Shown: piece by piece, positions 53,301 to 62,139 of the stretch | Numbering within the stretch: the first letter of the stretch is position 1 | Layout: every line of letters starts with the position of its first letter | Source of the DNA: an uncultured delta proteobacterium | GTDB lineage: Bacteria > Desulfobacterota > Binatia > UBA9968 | Reading direction: 5' to 3' | DNA: 64,000 bases | NCBI GenBank assembly: GCA_963804165.1 | Contig: CAWDPO010000043.1 | Location: forward strand, 192,001 to 256,000 | The notes under the pieces: generated by a model | The model's database searches: none | What the model was told of the DNA's origin: nothing | What the model saw: the letters and a program-made list of their open reading frames with translations, nothing else | Program-made: the position numbers and the translations under genes

Positions 53301-56291
53301 CTTGACCTTGACCCTCAGCGTCTCCACTTGCCGCGTTTTCATACGTTTGCGCTTCGATTTACCCATGAGCGGATGAGCGGCCTCTTCGGGCAACGGATAG
53401 CGCGGCGGCCCGGCCTCGTAGGACATCGGCTTCGCCGCTCTCACGTCCCGCACTGCGGGCGGCTTATCCGTCAAAACTCCAGTCACGCCGCTGCGAAGCA
53501 ATTCGGTCACGGCGCTGAAATATTCATCGGTGTTCGCCAGATCGCCGTGCACCGCCGGCATGTAGTAGCGCCTGCCGATTCCGCCGATCGCACCCGACTT
53601 CCACGTGACCGTGCCATCCCCTTCGGCGGTACCGATCATTTTCCAGCGGCCCCCAACTTTCTCGATACCGCAAGCCGTAACGGGAGCGCAGCCATGCACG
53701 TAAATGGTTTTTTCTTTGTGCGATTCCGGCAAAGCCGGCGTCAAACCATCGCGATCCCACAGCCATTTGCCTTGATTGAGCGCTGCATCGCTCGGCACCG
53801 CTGCGACCTTGTCGCCAAACCAGAAATCTTTCATGTCCTGTTTAAACGCTGTCCATCGGCCAGCGCTAAAATAATCATCGAACTGCGCGCCGCCGATGTC
53901 TTGAAAGCCCGGTTTCGGTAACAGCTGCAATGCACCGCGAAATTCACCGATGATATCGAGAATGGTTTGCAAGTCTTGCGCGATATCCAGGCGTGCGAGA
54001 GTGCGCAGCGTGTCGGATTTGCCGATCAGCGCTTCGACCATCGAGTGTGCGCCCTGGTTCGGCGTGCCGAGCATGATGAAGCGCGCGCCGTCGCGAGCCA
54101 TCAGCTGATCCCAGAGCTGAGGATTTTTGTGAACCAGCGAGCGCACGACCAAACCGCCCATGCTATGAGCGAGAATGCGAATCGGGCGCTCGGGATCCTT
54201 CGTAGCGTCGGCCAATCCGCGTAAAAACTTCTCTAGTTGTTCGGCTAGAATATCGAGAGGCAAGCGCCAGTCGTAAGGAAACCGTTCGACCCGGTGCGAG
54301 TCCATGAGATGCTCGCACAAATCGCCGTACGACATATCGAAGAGCTTTTCCGCGGCGATGCCGTCGCCCGCCGCTGATCCTGTGGCCACAGTCCAGCGCA
54401 GATCGTCGAGTCCGCCGGCCGCGATATCGGGAACGTCGAACCAGACACGGTCACTGTTATTTTTCCACAGATGGGAGCCCATGATTCCCGGCAACACGAC
54501 AACGACGGGCAGTGTGGCTTCCGCCGCCTCGCCGCCGCGGCTTCGGCGCAGAGCTGCGGTCCGGCTTATCTCTTCGGCCAGACTGGGTTCTTGCAAATCG
54601 CCGGGCAAGGTTTTGAAAAGCTCGAGGCGCTCGACCGCGTCCGAAAGCAGCCATTCGCGCAGCGCCGCGCGCGTGCTGTCATTCTGAAAATAGTGAAAAT
54701 GCGACGTCGCCGGTCCTTGATCGAGCAGCGCGCGCCCGCCGGCCTGACGTGCAATGCCGGCATACATCGAATCGGTATCGACGACCAGATCGTTGTCGAT
54801 GCCGCTGAAAAGAGCATAGTCCGTGAACAACACCCCCAACCTTTTGAGCAGGCCGCCACCTTCGATGTCACCGGCGATAACGGCCATTTGCGTGGACTCT
54901 TGCGGCTCGGCAACGGCTAAAAAACGCGCCATCGGCGAATCCGGCAGCATCGCCTCAATACCGGGAATGAGCTTGGCGTCCGTGCGGTTCTTGGCGATCT
55001 CAAGGACGATGCGCTTGAACGCGTAGTAAAGCGGGTTGCCGTAAAGATAGGGCACGCGACCGATCAACGTGAGTAAAGCCGAGAGGAAGATGTCGAGATT
55101 TCCCGAAGCGAGCAGCGTGCCGCGCGCCGGGCAGCCCACACGCACGTAACGTTGCATGACGAATTGCTTTTCCTGCAGCAGAGCGCGCAAATCGCGTAGT
55201 CTTGCTCGGAGTTCCGCGTGGGCATTGGCGACTTCGCTCTTTATGCGTTCCCGCTCCTCTTCGGAAACATCGCCGGGCTCCGGCAGATCGCTCTTGAACC
55301 CCTCGATCAGGTCGTCGCTAAAATTCTCCAGGCACAACAGATCGCCGATCAATCCGCCGCGCGAATGCGCGACCAGATTAATTTGCGCACCTTTGGGCAA
55401 CTTGGCCGCGAGCTCGATGGCGTTCTGAATCGGGCTCTCCGACAAGGTAGGATGTTCGAAGCCGTAGATCCGATCGTCGAACTTGGTTTCCAGCGCCTGC
55501 CAATCGCCTGAGGAACTTTTTTGCAAGTCGCCGAAGCTTCCGCACGTGGACGAACCGGTACCGTGAATAAAAACCAGCAGCGGCCCTTCCCTGGCATCCT
55601 TCGCCAGCGCCTCGTCGTCGATATTCACCAGATCGACCGCTTGTCCCGTGCCGCGCGGCCAGCGATATAGCCCCGGCTTTCGGTCGAGGCGATTTTCGAT
55701 CGCCCACATGAGCGCCTTGGTGCCGAGCCATGTGACACCCAGTCCGGCGTATCCCCGGATTTTTTCCTCCGCCTTCTCGCCCAGCCACTCTGCTGCTTTG
55801 CGTTTGGCCGCATCGATGATCGGATCGGCGACATCGCCCACCGTCAAGGTAAACACACGTGCAACAAGGTCACTGACCGCGTCGCCGATGATACCGCGGC
55901 TCTCCTCGGCGCGCTCATGCAGCGCATCGAGCTTTAACGTCCCGTCCGCTTCCACCGCCTCGGGATTGACCCGCTTCAGCGACTCTCGAAGCTTCGCCGC
56001 GCTGGTGATAACGGTCACGCCATCGGACATTTCCAAGACGACGACTTCGTCGTCGGCCGCTTGGATCGTTTTCTCGATAACGCCTTCGGCGCTTGAACGG
56101 GACCGCCGTCCGACTTCGAAAGCCGAGTTAATTTTCAAGTAGCCGTCTGGAAAAAACTCATCTGGCCTGGCGTCACCGGACGCGCGCGTCGCCCGACGCA
56201 AAGCATTGGGCAAAGCAGGATTGGCGATCGGAGTACCGGTAAGTTTAAGCGAAATGCTAACAGTCATCTGCCTCTCCTTAGGTATCGGCAT
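50322..56291 (-). CDS. Giant CHAT (caspase-like) polyprotein: two alpha/beta-hydrolase domains, middle domain, CHAT, helical TPR-like tail
   Basis: FIHGTGSS..AHSRGG; LPGIMGSHL..PYDWR..AHSMGG..LGTPNQG..GDGTV..HGDL; CHAT LPWELM, VHIAAHG, VFLNCC, AGWAVDD, TWGAYQAYGDP. Start may be ATG 56267. Confidence 0.88.
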   Translation of the reverse strand: MPIPKERQMTVSISLKLTGTPIANPALPNALRRATRASGDARPDEFFPDGYLKINSAFEVGRRSRSSAEGVIEKTIQAADDEVVVLEMSDGVTVITSAAKLRESLKRVNPEAVEADGTLKLDALHERAEESRGIIGDAVSDLVARVFTLTVGDVADPIIDAAKRKAAEWLGEKAEEKIRGYAGLGVTWLGTKALMWAIENRLDRKPGLYRWPRGTGQAVDLVNIDDEALAKDAREGPLLVFIHGTGSSTCGSFGDLQKSSSGDWQALETKFDDRIYGFEHPTLSESPIQNAIELAAKLPKGAQINLVAHSRGGLIGDLLCLENFSDDLIEGFKSDLPEPGDVSEEERERIKSEVANAHAELRARLRDLRALLQEKQFVMQRYVRVGCPARGTLLASGNLDIFLSALLTLIGRVPYLYGNPLYYAFKRIVLEIAKNRTDAKLIPGIEAMLPDSPMARFLAVAEPQESTQMAVIAGDIEGGGLLKRLGVLFTDYALFSGIDNDLVVDTDSMYAGIARQAGGRALLDQGPATSHFHYFQNDSTRAALREWLLSDAVERLELFKTLPGDLQEPSLAEEISRTAALRRSRGGEAAEATLPVVVVLPGIMGSHLWKNNSDRVWFDVPDIAAGGLDDLRWTVATGSAAGDGIAAEKLFDMSYGDLCEHLMDSHRVERFPYDWRLPLDILAEQLEKFLRGLADATKDPERPIRILAHSMGGLVVRSLVHKNPQLWDQLMARDGARFIMLGTPNQGAHSMVEALIGKSDTLRTLARLDIAQDLQTILDIIGEFRGALQLLPKPGFQDIGGAQFDDYFSAGRWTAFKQDMKDFWFGDKVAAVPSDAALNQGKWLWDRDGLTPALPESHKEKTIYVHGCAPVTACGIEKVGGRWKMIGTAEGDGTVTWKSGAIGGIGRRYYMPAVHGDLANTDEYFSAVTELLRSGVTGVLTDKPPAVRDVRAAKPMSYEAGPPRYPLPEEAAHPLMGKSKRKRMKTRQVETLRVKVKAMDLRFVTQPIMVGHYEQDAISGAESIIDRDVVDRALSERYNMGLYAGPVGTAVVVLRLPNDAERLRGSFCGAVVTGLGQYDGTLSANTLTEAVRTGAVRYLLQYADCSGGRSGEIALSTLILGYNSTANLTVAASIEALIRGVVEGNLKFNEATAGSLRISSLEIVELYLDSAISAMHSLTDFAAEMNADIRQLGVRLEVPEELDRGIGVRQRLDDSRAVAHWPRMIITNADGDEDGSSQPTVDESPRAEGDRSKQPTKIAERLRFVHVGQRARAETIVQQRQPGLVESLIAQQIRAQSYQPEFCRTLFQLMVPQDFKDAARQLDRIVLVLDGYTANLPWELMLADQEPLAVGAHMIRQLSSSRFRRQVRQSLQPLAYVIGNPSTENFFKMFPFPNRQPTEGLDSLAGAEEEAGAVVEALNRHGYQVESSIGQGRKALDVITPLYQKPYRIVHIAAHGLFEQPAADGVTRTGVVLSDGLLLGAAEIGQMEIVPDLVFLNCCHLAKANPTPIAYNRLAYSISRELIEIGVRCVIAAGWAVDDDAALSFADTFYRCILQDKLQFGDAIFEARRETYRKHGSSITWGAYQAYGDPGWRVDPRAESNGGGEDVGRFIAPEELIDQIERLRIHIYRRRESMTPSDAKSIGAELKQLLSRCPRNWLGKPAVNFELAQTYALLGVEHFEDARKFYRFAIAAEDKVGRVPIAAIEQLANLESRLAESSGDAELAERALARLKNLNHIAAGPADDGSAKTDKAGLSANVERAAVIGSAYKRKAAIFANRIIAGDTAAATVKEFNDAVQASIEAYEIGSGKATDERFDPYPALNGLALRALEGIYKEGVQECAVCAGKANDRFKQSPDVWNAVMAADAYLVESLCTGALANEDGKSEKAFEEVSRHYTEALAHIQIVPKDLDSVTQQLCLLALLFDAKAATRIGTSRVKADTAIAQRLRRLADTIRPGSCTAANNSRPKRAEQKPPSKKPSARGRSPRRRR

Positions 56292-56480
56292 GGCTAGACT
56301 GAACGCAGACTGCGCGGCGACACGCTTTTACGCTATGATTCAAAACACATCCTGCAATAAAATAGTCAACGCGAAGTATTATAAATGAAGACTGGCGCTT
56401 ACGGGTACAAAGATTTTTACGGTCCGTGAGAGCCGGTCGTGCAGCAGGACGCAGCATTGGCTCTGCGGTAATTTTCTCGG

Positions 56481-56497
56481 AGCAATACGAATGCCAA
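56481..56497 (-). promoter_or_regulatory. sigma54 promoter upstream of the CHAT polyprotein gene
   Basis: Minus strand TTGGCATTCGTATTGCT, close to the TGGCAC-N5-TTGC consensus, about 190 nt before the start. Confidence 0.65.
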
Positions 56498-56675
56498 GAA
56501 CTTCAGTCAACCGCCGTCGTGAGCAAGCTATCGAAGTTACGTGACTAGCCGCCCGGATCCTGATTTTACTGTTGAGATAGCCGGGGATTCGCCTCCGGGC
56601 TTGAGTGCTGTGTGAGTCCTGCCCGGTGTTGGAAATAAATTCGCGCGAGATCCGTTTCCTGATTCAGAGCCAATT

Positions 56676-57026
56676 TCAAAGCGGTAAGAAGCTGACCCGA
56701 TTCACCCATTCTTCAGCCTCGGTTGCTACCCAAATCAACCGCAGATCATCTACCACAGTCGCAACCGCAAGGTGCTGGGGAACAATCAGCAATCCCGGGG
56801 AAGTAGTTCCAGAAATAAATTCCGAGAAATGCCACGGCATGGTCTTGTGATCGTGTGTTACAAGTACCCGTCCCTCGCGAGCGGCCATTTCTAATACTTC
56901 TCGATCGTCTAATGACTTCAGACTGGCAGCGGCTGCCGTCTGGAAATCTATAGACGGTTCACGCCGCACTGTTGCCAACACAATTATCTGGTTCAGGTCG
57001 GCATCCGCCTGAAACCGAATTTTCAT
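56676..57026 (-). CDS. DUF5615 family PIN-like toxin
   Basis: RFQADADL, DDREVLEMAAREGRVLVTHD, SPGLLIV. Confidence 0.88.
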   Translation of the reverse strand: MKIRFQADADLNQIIVLATVRREPSIDFQTAAAASLKSLDDREVLEMAAREGRVLVTHDHKTMPWHFSEFISGTTSPGLLIVPQHLAVATVVDDLRLIWVATEAEEWVNRVSFLPL

Positions 57027-57340
57027 GGGTGTGAGATTTGAATCGTTCGGCGTGCGTCGGCTAGTTTCACATAGAACATCGGATCAGCGTCGCGGGCGGC
57101 TTGCCTCGCGATTTCATAATCCGCTTGAGCTTGAACGAGGTAGGCATCGATATCCGCCCGGTTGGATAGATAGAAAGCGACAGCGCCGTAAACTTGTTCC
57201 AATGTGAGCGCCGGAAAGGACTGTGCGATACTTTCAGCAGACTGGCCACTGAGAAAAGCGTAGACGACCGAGTCTAGCGAAACGCGAGTGTTGGAGATCC
57301 AATATCCTCCGTCTCGCTTTTCAACATATTCTTTGTTCAT
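57023..57340 (-). CDS. DUF433 family antitoxin
   Basis: ISNTRVSLDSVV..GQSAESIAQSFPALTLEQVYGAVAFY; ATGA overlap with the toxin gene. Confidence 0.9.
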   Translation of the reverse strand: MNKEYVEKRDGGYWISNTRVSLDSVVYAFLSGQSAESIAQSFPALTLEQVYGAVAFYLSNRADIDAYLVQAQADYEIARQAARDADPMFYVKLADARRTIQISHP

Positions 57341-57551
57341 AGGTGTACGTCTCTCCCAACCAACGCCCAATTATTAACCATGGCGCACACCAGATCAAGT
57401 CGCCGAGTGCATGCCATATGAGTCTTACTTAACGCGAGCAAAAATCCATCTAACCCTTTGGCTTGAACAGAGTTCAACTATATTAGATTGTGACGGCAGT
57501 GGATTCTTCAAATAAGGATTCGCAAAACTCTTGACGTCGATTGATCTGACC

Positions 57552-58613
57552 ATGAAACACTCACCGCCGTGGCTGATTTTCCTATGTCTATTGATCGCTT
57601 TCAGTTCGCTGCTGGTGCACGCACAAGACCCACGTCCCCGGCCGGAAGTGGAAACTCAGGAGCCGCATCTGCAGAACCTTAAGCAGTTAACTTCTGGTGG
57701 ACAGAACGCCGAAGCATACTTTTCGTATGACGGCACGAAAATCATCTTCCAATCCACTCGTCCGCCTTACCAGTGCGATCAGATCTTTAGCATGAACGTG
57801 GACGGCAGCGACGTGAAACTTTTAAACAGCGGCAAAGGCCGTACGACCTGTGGGTTCTTTTTCCCTGACGGCAAACGGGTCATTTATGCCTCGACCCACG
57901 TGGCAGGCGATGCCTGTCCGCCGGCGCCGGATCGAAGCCAGGGTTACGTCTGGCCGACTTATCCCTCGTATGAAATCTTCAGCGCCAATGTCGACGGCTC
58001 CGGATTGAAGCGCTTGACCCAGAACCCCGGGTACGACGCCGAGGGAACCATTGCGCCGGATGGGAAGAAAATCGTTTTCACCTCGATGCGCTCCGGCGAT
58101 CTCGACATCTACACGATGAACGCCGACGGCAGCGGCACAAAGAGACTTACAAGCGAAAAAGGCTATGACGGCGGCCCATTCTTCTCGTGGGACGGGAAAA
58201 CCATCGTCTATCGAGCATACCATCCTAAAACCAAGGACGAAGTAAAGGAGTACGAAACGCTCCTCAAGCAAAATCTGATCAAACCGACGCGCGCGGAAAT
58301 TTTTCTCATGTCGGCCGACGGCTCGAACAAGCGGCAACTCACCGACAACGGTGCGGCCAACTGGGCGCCGTTTTTACATCCCAACAATCGGCAGATAATT
58401 TTCTCCTCCAACCTGCACGATCCCGAACGGCGCAGTTTTTCACTTTACATGATTAACCTCGATGGCACCGGTCTGGTGCGCGTTACCTACGGCGCGCGTT
58501 TCGATAGCTTTCCGATGTTCTCGCGGGACGGCAAGAAACTCGTCTTCGCGTCGACGAGAGCTGAGAAAGAGGCGCGAGAGTTCAATATCTTTGTCGCTGA
58601 TTGGGCGCCGTAG
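57552..58613 (+). CDS. TolB-like PD40 beta-propeller exported protein
   Basis: Signal peptide; GQNAEAYFS.DG, GYDAE, GYDGGPFFS, NWAPF, FDSFPMFS repeats. Confidence 0.88.
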   Translation: MKHSPPWLIFLCLLIAFSSLLVHAQDPRPRPEVETQEPHLQNLKQLTSGGQNAEAYFSYDGTKIIFQSTRPPYQCDQIFSMNVDGSDVKLLNSGKGRTTCGFFFPDGKRVIYASTHVAGDACPPAPDRSQGYVWPTYPSYEIFSANVDGSGLKRLTQNPGYDAEGTIAPDGKKIVFTSMRSGDLDIYTMNADGSGTKRLTSEKGYDGGPFFSWDGKTIVYRAYHPKTKDEVKEYETLLKQNLIKPTRAEIFLMSADGSNKRQLTDNGAANWAPFLHPNNRQIIFSSNLHDPERRSFSLYMINLDGTGLVRVTYGARFDSFPMFSRDGKKLVFASTRAEKEAREFNIFVADWAP

Positions 58614-58757
58614 AAGCGCATCACTATTGCTGCATTTCGTTCAAGAACCGGCGCAACGTTAGGTGGTGACATCCACCGCCTTTTTGAGTAGAGTCCTAGA
58701 GTCGGCCAAGCCCCATAATACTAATCGCGGGCGCGTCGACAATCGGAGGTAACTCTC

Positions 58758-60035
58758 TTGGAAACTGCGGCGCGCGAATTTCAGATCATGGTGAAAACGA
58801 TCGGGGCGATATGCAACCTCGATTGTCACTACTGCTATTACTTAGAGAAAGAGAATCTTTACCCCAAGGGCTCCAATTTTCGCCTCGACGACGAAACCCT
58901 CGAACGTTACGTCCAGCAGCATATCCGGGCGACCCCCGGCGAGATCGTCAGTTTTTCCTGGCACGGCGGCGAACCGACGTTGCTCGGCGTCGATTTTTTT
59001 CGAAAAGCGGTGGCGCTGCAGGAGAAGCATTTGCCGGACGACAAAAAGATCATCAACGGCATTCAAACCAACGGCACCACCATTGATGACGAATGGTGCG
59101 ATTTTCTCGCCAAGGAGAATTTCTACATCGGCCTCAGTCTCGACGGGCCGCGCGAACTGCACGATCACTATCGCGTCACCAAGGGACAGAAAACCACCCA
59201 CAAACAAGTCGTGCAGGCGTTCCAGATGCTCCGGCGCGCCAAAGTGCACGTCGATCTCCTCTGCGTCGTCCACGACGTCAACGTCAAGTATCCCACGCAG
59301 GTATATCGCTACTTCAAAGAAATCGGCGGGCAGTACTTACAATTCCTTCCACTGGTCGAGAAAACCGGCGAGCCGAACAACCCGGTGCACCAGCGCTCGG
59401 TGCCGGCGGCGGCTTACGGAAAATTTCTCAATACTATTTTCGACGAATGGATGCGCAACGACATAGGGAAGATTTTTATTCAACTTTTTGACGAGTCCGT
59501 GCGGCCGTTTCTCGGCATGGAGCACGCGCTCTGTATTTACCGTGAGACCTGCGGCGACGTGCCGGTGGTCGAACACAACGGCGATTTCTACTCCTGCGAT
59601 CACTATGTGTTGCCGGAATACAAGATCGGCAATATTCACGACCGGCCGCTGGCGGAGATGGTCGAGGACCCGAAACAACGCGAGTTCGGCCAGAAGAAGT
59701 GGACGAGCCTGCCCAAGTACTGCCGTGAGTGCGAAGTGCTCAGCATGTGCAACGGTGGCTGCCCCAAAGACCGCATCGTCAAAACCCCGGACGGCGAAGA
59801 AGGCCTAAATTATCTTTGCGCCGGATTAAAGGGTTTCTTCACGCACAGCAAGCCGTATTTTCAAAAATTCGCCGAGTTGGTCGGCGCCGGTGAGCCGGCG
59901 GAAAAGCTGATGGAAATCGTCCGCGCCGCCGACGCCAAGACCTCGGTTCGCCAGGCCGGTCGCAACGACCCTTGCCCCTGCGGCAGCGGCAAAAAATACA
60001 AACGCTGCTGCGGCGGCGCCCGTCCCGGAGTCTAG
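58758..60035 (+). CDS. Anaerobic sulfatase-maturating radical SAM enzyme (SPASM) with SEC-C tail
   Basis: CNLDCHYCYY, WHGGEP, QTNG, GDFYSCDHYV, CRECEVLSMCNGGCPK, GRNDPCPCGSGKKYKRCC. Confidence 0.92.
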   Translation: METAAREFQIMVKTIGAICNLDCHYCYYLEKENLYPKGSNFRLDDETLERYVQQHIRATPGEIVSFSWHGGEPTLLGVDFFRKAVALQEKHLPDDKKIINGIQTNGTTIDDEWCDFLAKENFYIGLSLDGPRELHDHYRVTKGQKTTHKQVVQAFQMLRRAKVHVDLLCVVHDVNVKYPTQVYRYFKEIGGQYLQFLPLVEKTGEPNNPVHQRSVPAAAYGKFLNTIFDEWMRNDIGKIFIQLFDESVRPFLGMEHALCIYRETCGDVPVVEHNGDFYSCDHYVLPEYKIGNIHDRPLAEMVEDPKQREFGQKKWTSLPKYCRECEVLSMCNGGCPKDRIVKTPDGEEGLNYLCAGLKGFFTHSKPYFQKFAELVGAGEPAEKLMEIVRAADAKTSVRQAGRNDPCPCGSGKKYKRCCGGARPGV

Positions 60036-60165
60036 GGCAAATCGTGCTCGTTTGACGTGTTCGTGAGCGGAAAACACGCATCACGATCACGCCCACGCGT
60101 CTTACCCTTGCGTCCCTTGCGTTCGCTGCGGTAAATCTCTTTCGTCTTAATCTACCGAGGAGCAA

Positions 60166-61059
60166 ATGATGACCCTGTACGACGACATGATGGAAGGCGT
60201 CATCGACGTCCACTGCCACATCGACTTCGAATTTTCCGCCAAGGAGCGTAAGCGTGAACCGGAGTTTCTCTGGTTTCCCAAGGCTGAGGCGATGGGCATG
60301 CGCGGCGTCGTGCTGAAATCACACTGGTGGCCGACCACCAACGTCGTTCCGTATATTCTCGCTTCGGTAGAGACCAAAGTCGCGGTCTGGTCGAGCGTCG
60401 CGCTCAACATCACCGCCGGCGGACCGAATCCTTGCATCGTCGAAGCCTGCGCCGAGCTCGGCGGCAGGATGATTTTTCTACCGACCTGGAGCGCGCGCAA
60501 CGACGTGGAGCGCAAGGGCTTCAGCAGCCGAATCAAATCTTACTACAGGAGCCACGCCAAGCTGGAGAACCCGAATTACTATTTCCTTGATGACAAGGGA
60601 AAACTGATTCCGCGCGGATATGAAATCATCGAAGCGTGCAAGTCCCACGATTTGACGCTCGGCATGGGTCACGTCTCTTGGCAGGAATCTCTAGCCTTCA
60701 TCGAAGCGGCGCGCGACATGGGCTACAGCCACAGAATCGTCGTCAACCACGTGCAGAGCCACATGATCGCCATGCCGGTCGACGCGATGAAGCGCGCCGC
60801 GGAAATGGGTGCGTTTCTCGAAGCGTGCTGGAATGCGCTGGCTCCCGGCCGGATGGATTCGCCGGATCTCGTCAAACAGTTTCGCGAAGTGGGTCTCAGA
60901 CAGATTATCGCGAGCACGGACTATTTCCGCCCCTACAGTCCAAATCCCGCTGAACTTTTTCGCATGTATCTCGGCATGCTGCACGAAGGCGGCCTGAGCA
61001 AAGGCGAAGTGAATCAAGTCGCGGCGATCAATCCGGCGCGTCTGATGGGCATGGCGTGA
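60166..61059 (+). CDS. DUF6282-like amidohydrolase-fold metalloprotein
   Basis: IDVHCH, GMRGVVLKSH, GGPNP, MGHVS, VNH, STD, NPARLMG. Confidence 0.8.
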   Translation: MMTLYDDMMEGVIDVHCHIDFEFSAKERKREPEFLWFPKAEAMGMRGVVLKSHWWPTTNVVPYILASVETKVAVWSSVALNITAGGPNPCIVEACAELGGRMIFLPTWSARNDVERKGFSSRIKSYYRSHAKLENPNYYFLDDKGKLIPRGYEIIEACKSHDLTLGMGHVSWQESLAFIEAARDMGYSHRIVVNHVQSHMIAMPVDAMKRAAEMGAFLEACWNALAPGRMDSPDLVKQFREVGLRQIIASTDYFRPYSPNPAELFRMYLGMLHEGGLSKGEVNQVAAINPARLMGMA

Positions 61060-61075
61060 GAGATTGGCGGACGAA

Positions 61076-61955
61076 TCAGGCCGCCCGAAATAGCGAGCTT
61101 TCTTCGGTGAAAGCGTCACGCAGCTCCTGCACCAACTGCGTCAGCGCTTCTTCATCTTCGCAGCCGGAAGCACGGATCATGGCGATGCCGGGATCGGGAC
61201 ATTCACTGAAAAAACCGATGTCCGCGCGCGCACACAGGTAATCGGCCATGTCGATGATCGCCGCCAACGATCCGGGCGCGTTGGCGCTACCTTTTATGAT
61301 GGATCAGTACCGCCTCGCTCACTTCCTCTTCGATGTTCCAGAAATCCAAGAGCGCGACGCCGACCGCAGCGTGATCGAAGCCGTAGCGCTTTGCTTCTCC
61401 AGCTACGATCACCTCCTGCGCTTGCTGCGCTTCGTCGACGAGCTGCTCGAAGCCGCGCGGATCACTGTTGAAAAGAACCATTTCACCTATATCGTGCAAG
61501 AGCCCCGCTAGGAACGCCATTTCCCCGTCCGCAAAGCCGACCCGTTTCGCAAGCATGCGCGCGGCAAGGGCCGCCCCGAGCGAGTGACTCCACAGTTTTT
61601 CGGAAATTTTGTTCTTGCGCGATAGAAAGCTTTCGGCCGCCGCCGCAACCACGATGCTGCGAAGCGTCTGCAGCCCCAGCACGAGGATCGCTTGATGGAC
61701 CGATTGAGGCTGAAAACGCTGCGCGTAGCGCGGCGAGCGGGACATCGACAGAGTCTTCGACGCCAAGGAGGGATCGTCGGCGATCACCCTCGACAGCTCG
61801 CGGACGTTAAAATTCGGGTCTTTCAGGATGTTTAGCACCTTGGTCACCACCGCCGGGGGAGACCGCAATTTGTGGCGTTCCTTGATTTCACGGATGTGCA
61901 GCCGAAGTGTTTCCTGATTGGGTCTGCTTGGGGCCACTCCTTGAGACGTTTTCAC
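61076..61955 (-). CDS. HDOD domain protein, frameshift near 61292
   Basis: LRSPP.VV, DDPSLASKTL, LWSHSL, FLAGLLHDIG, GFDHAAVG; removing one base of the A4/GG run joins HHKGSANAPGSLAAIIDMAD; GTG start after GGAGG. Confidence 0.85.
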
Positions 61956-61975
61956 GGGAATTCCTCCGAGGTACA

Positions 61976-62002
61976 TTATCGGCGAAAATACTGAATTCTT
62001 TA
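61976..62002 (-). promoter_or_regulatory. sigma28 (FliA/SigD-type) promoter
   Basis: Minus strand TAAA-N15-GCCGATAA, an exact consensus match. Confidence 0.85.
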
Positions 62003-62139
62003 CCGCTGCGTCCGGCGCCGAATCCCGCCAATTTCCTCTGGAACGGGACGACTCCACTCGGCTAAGCTAACAATCGAATTGGGACAGCGCGGCTCATCGC
62101 CTCATCGGCCCTGCCAGACTCGGGCCGTTGACATCCTTC

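Noticed and set aside
51174-56142. Long plus-strand ORFs inside the CHAT gene
   Set aside because: Antisense shadows expected from GC-rich codon bias.
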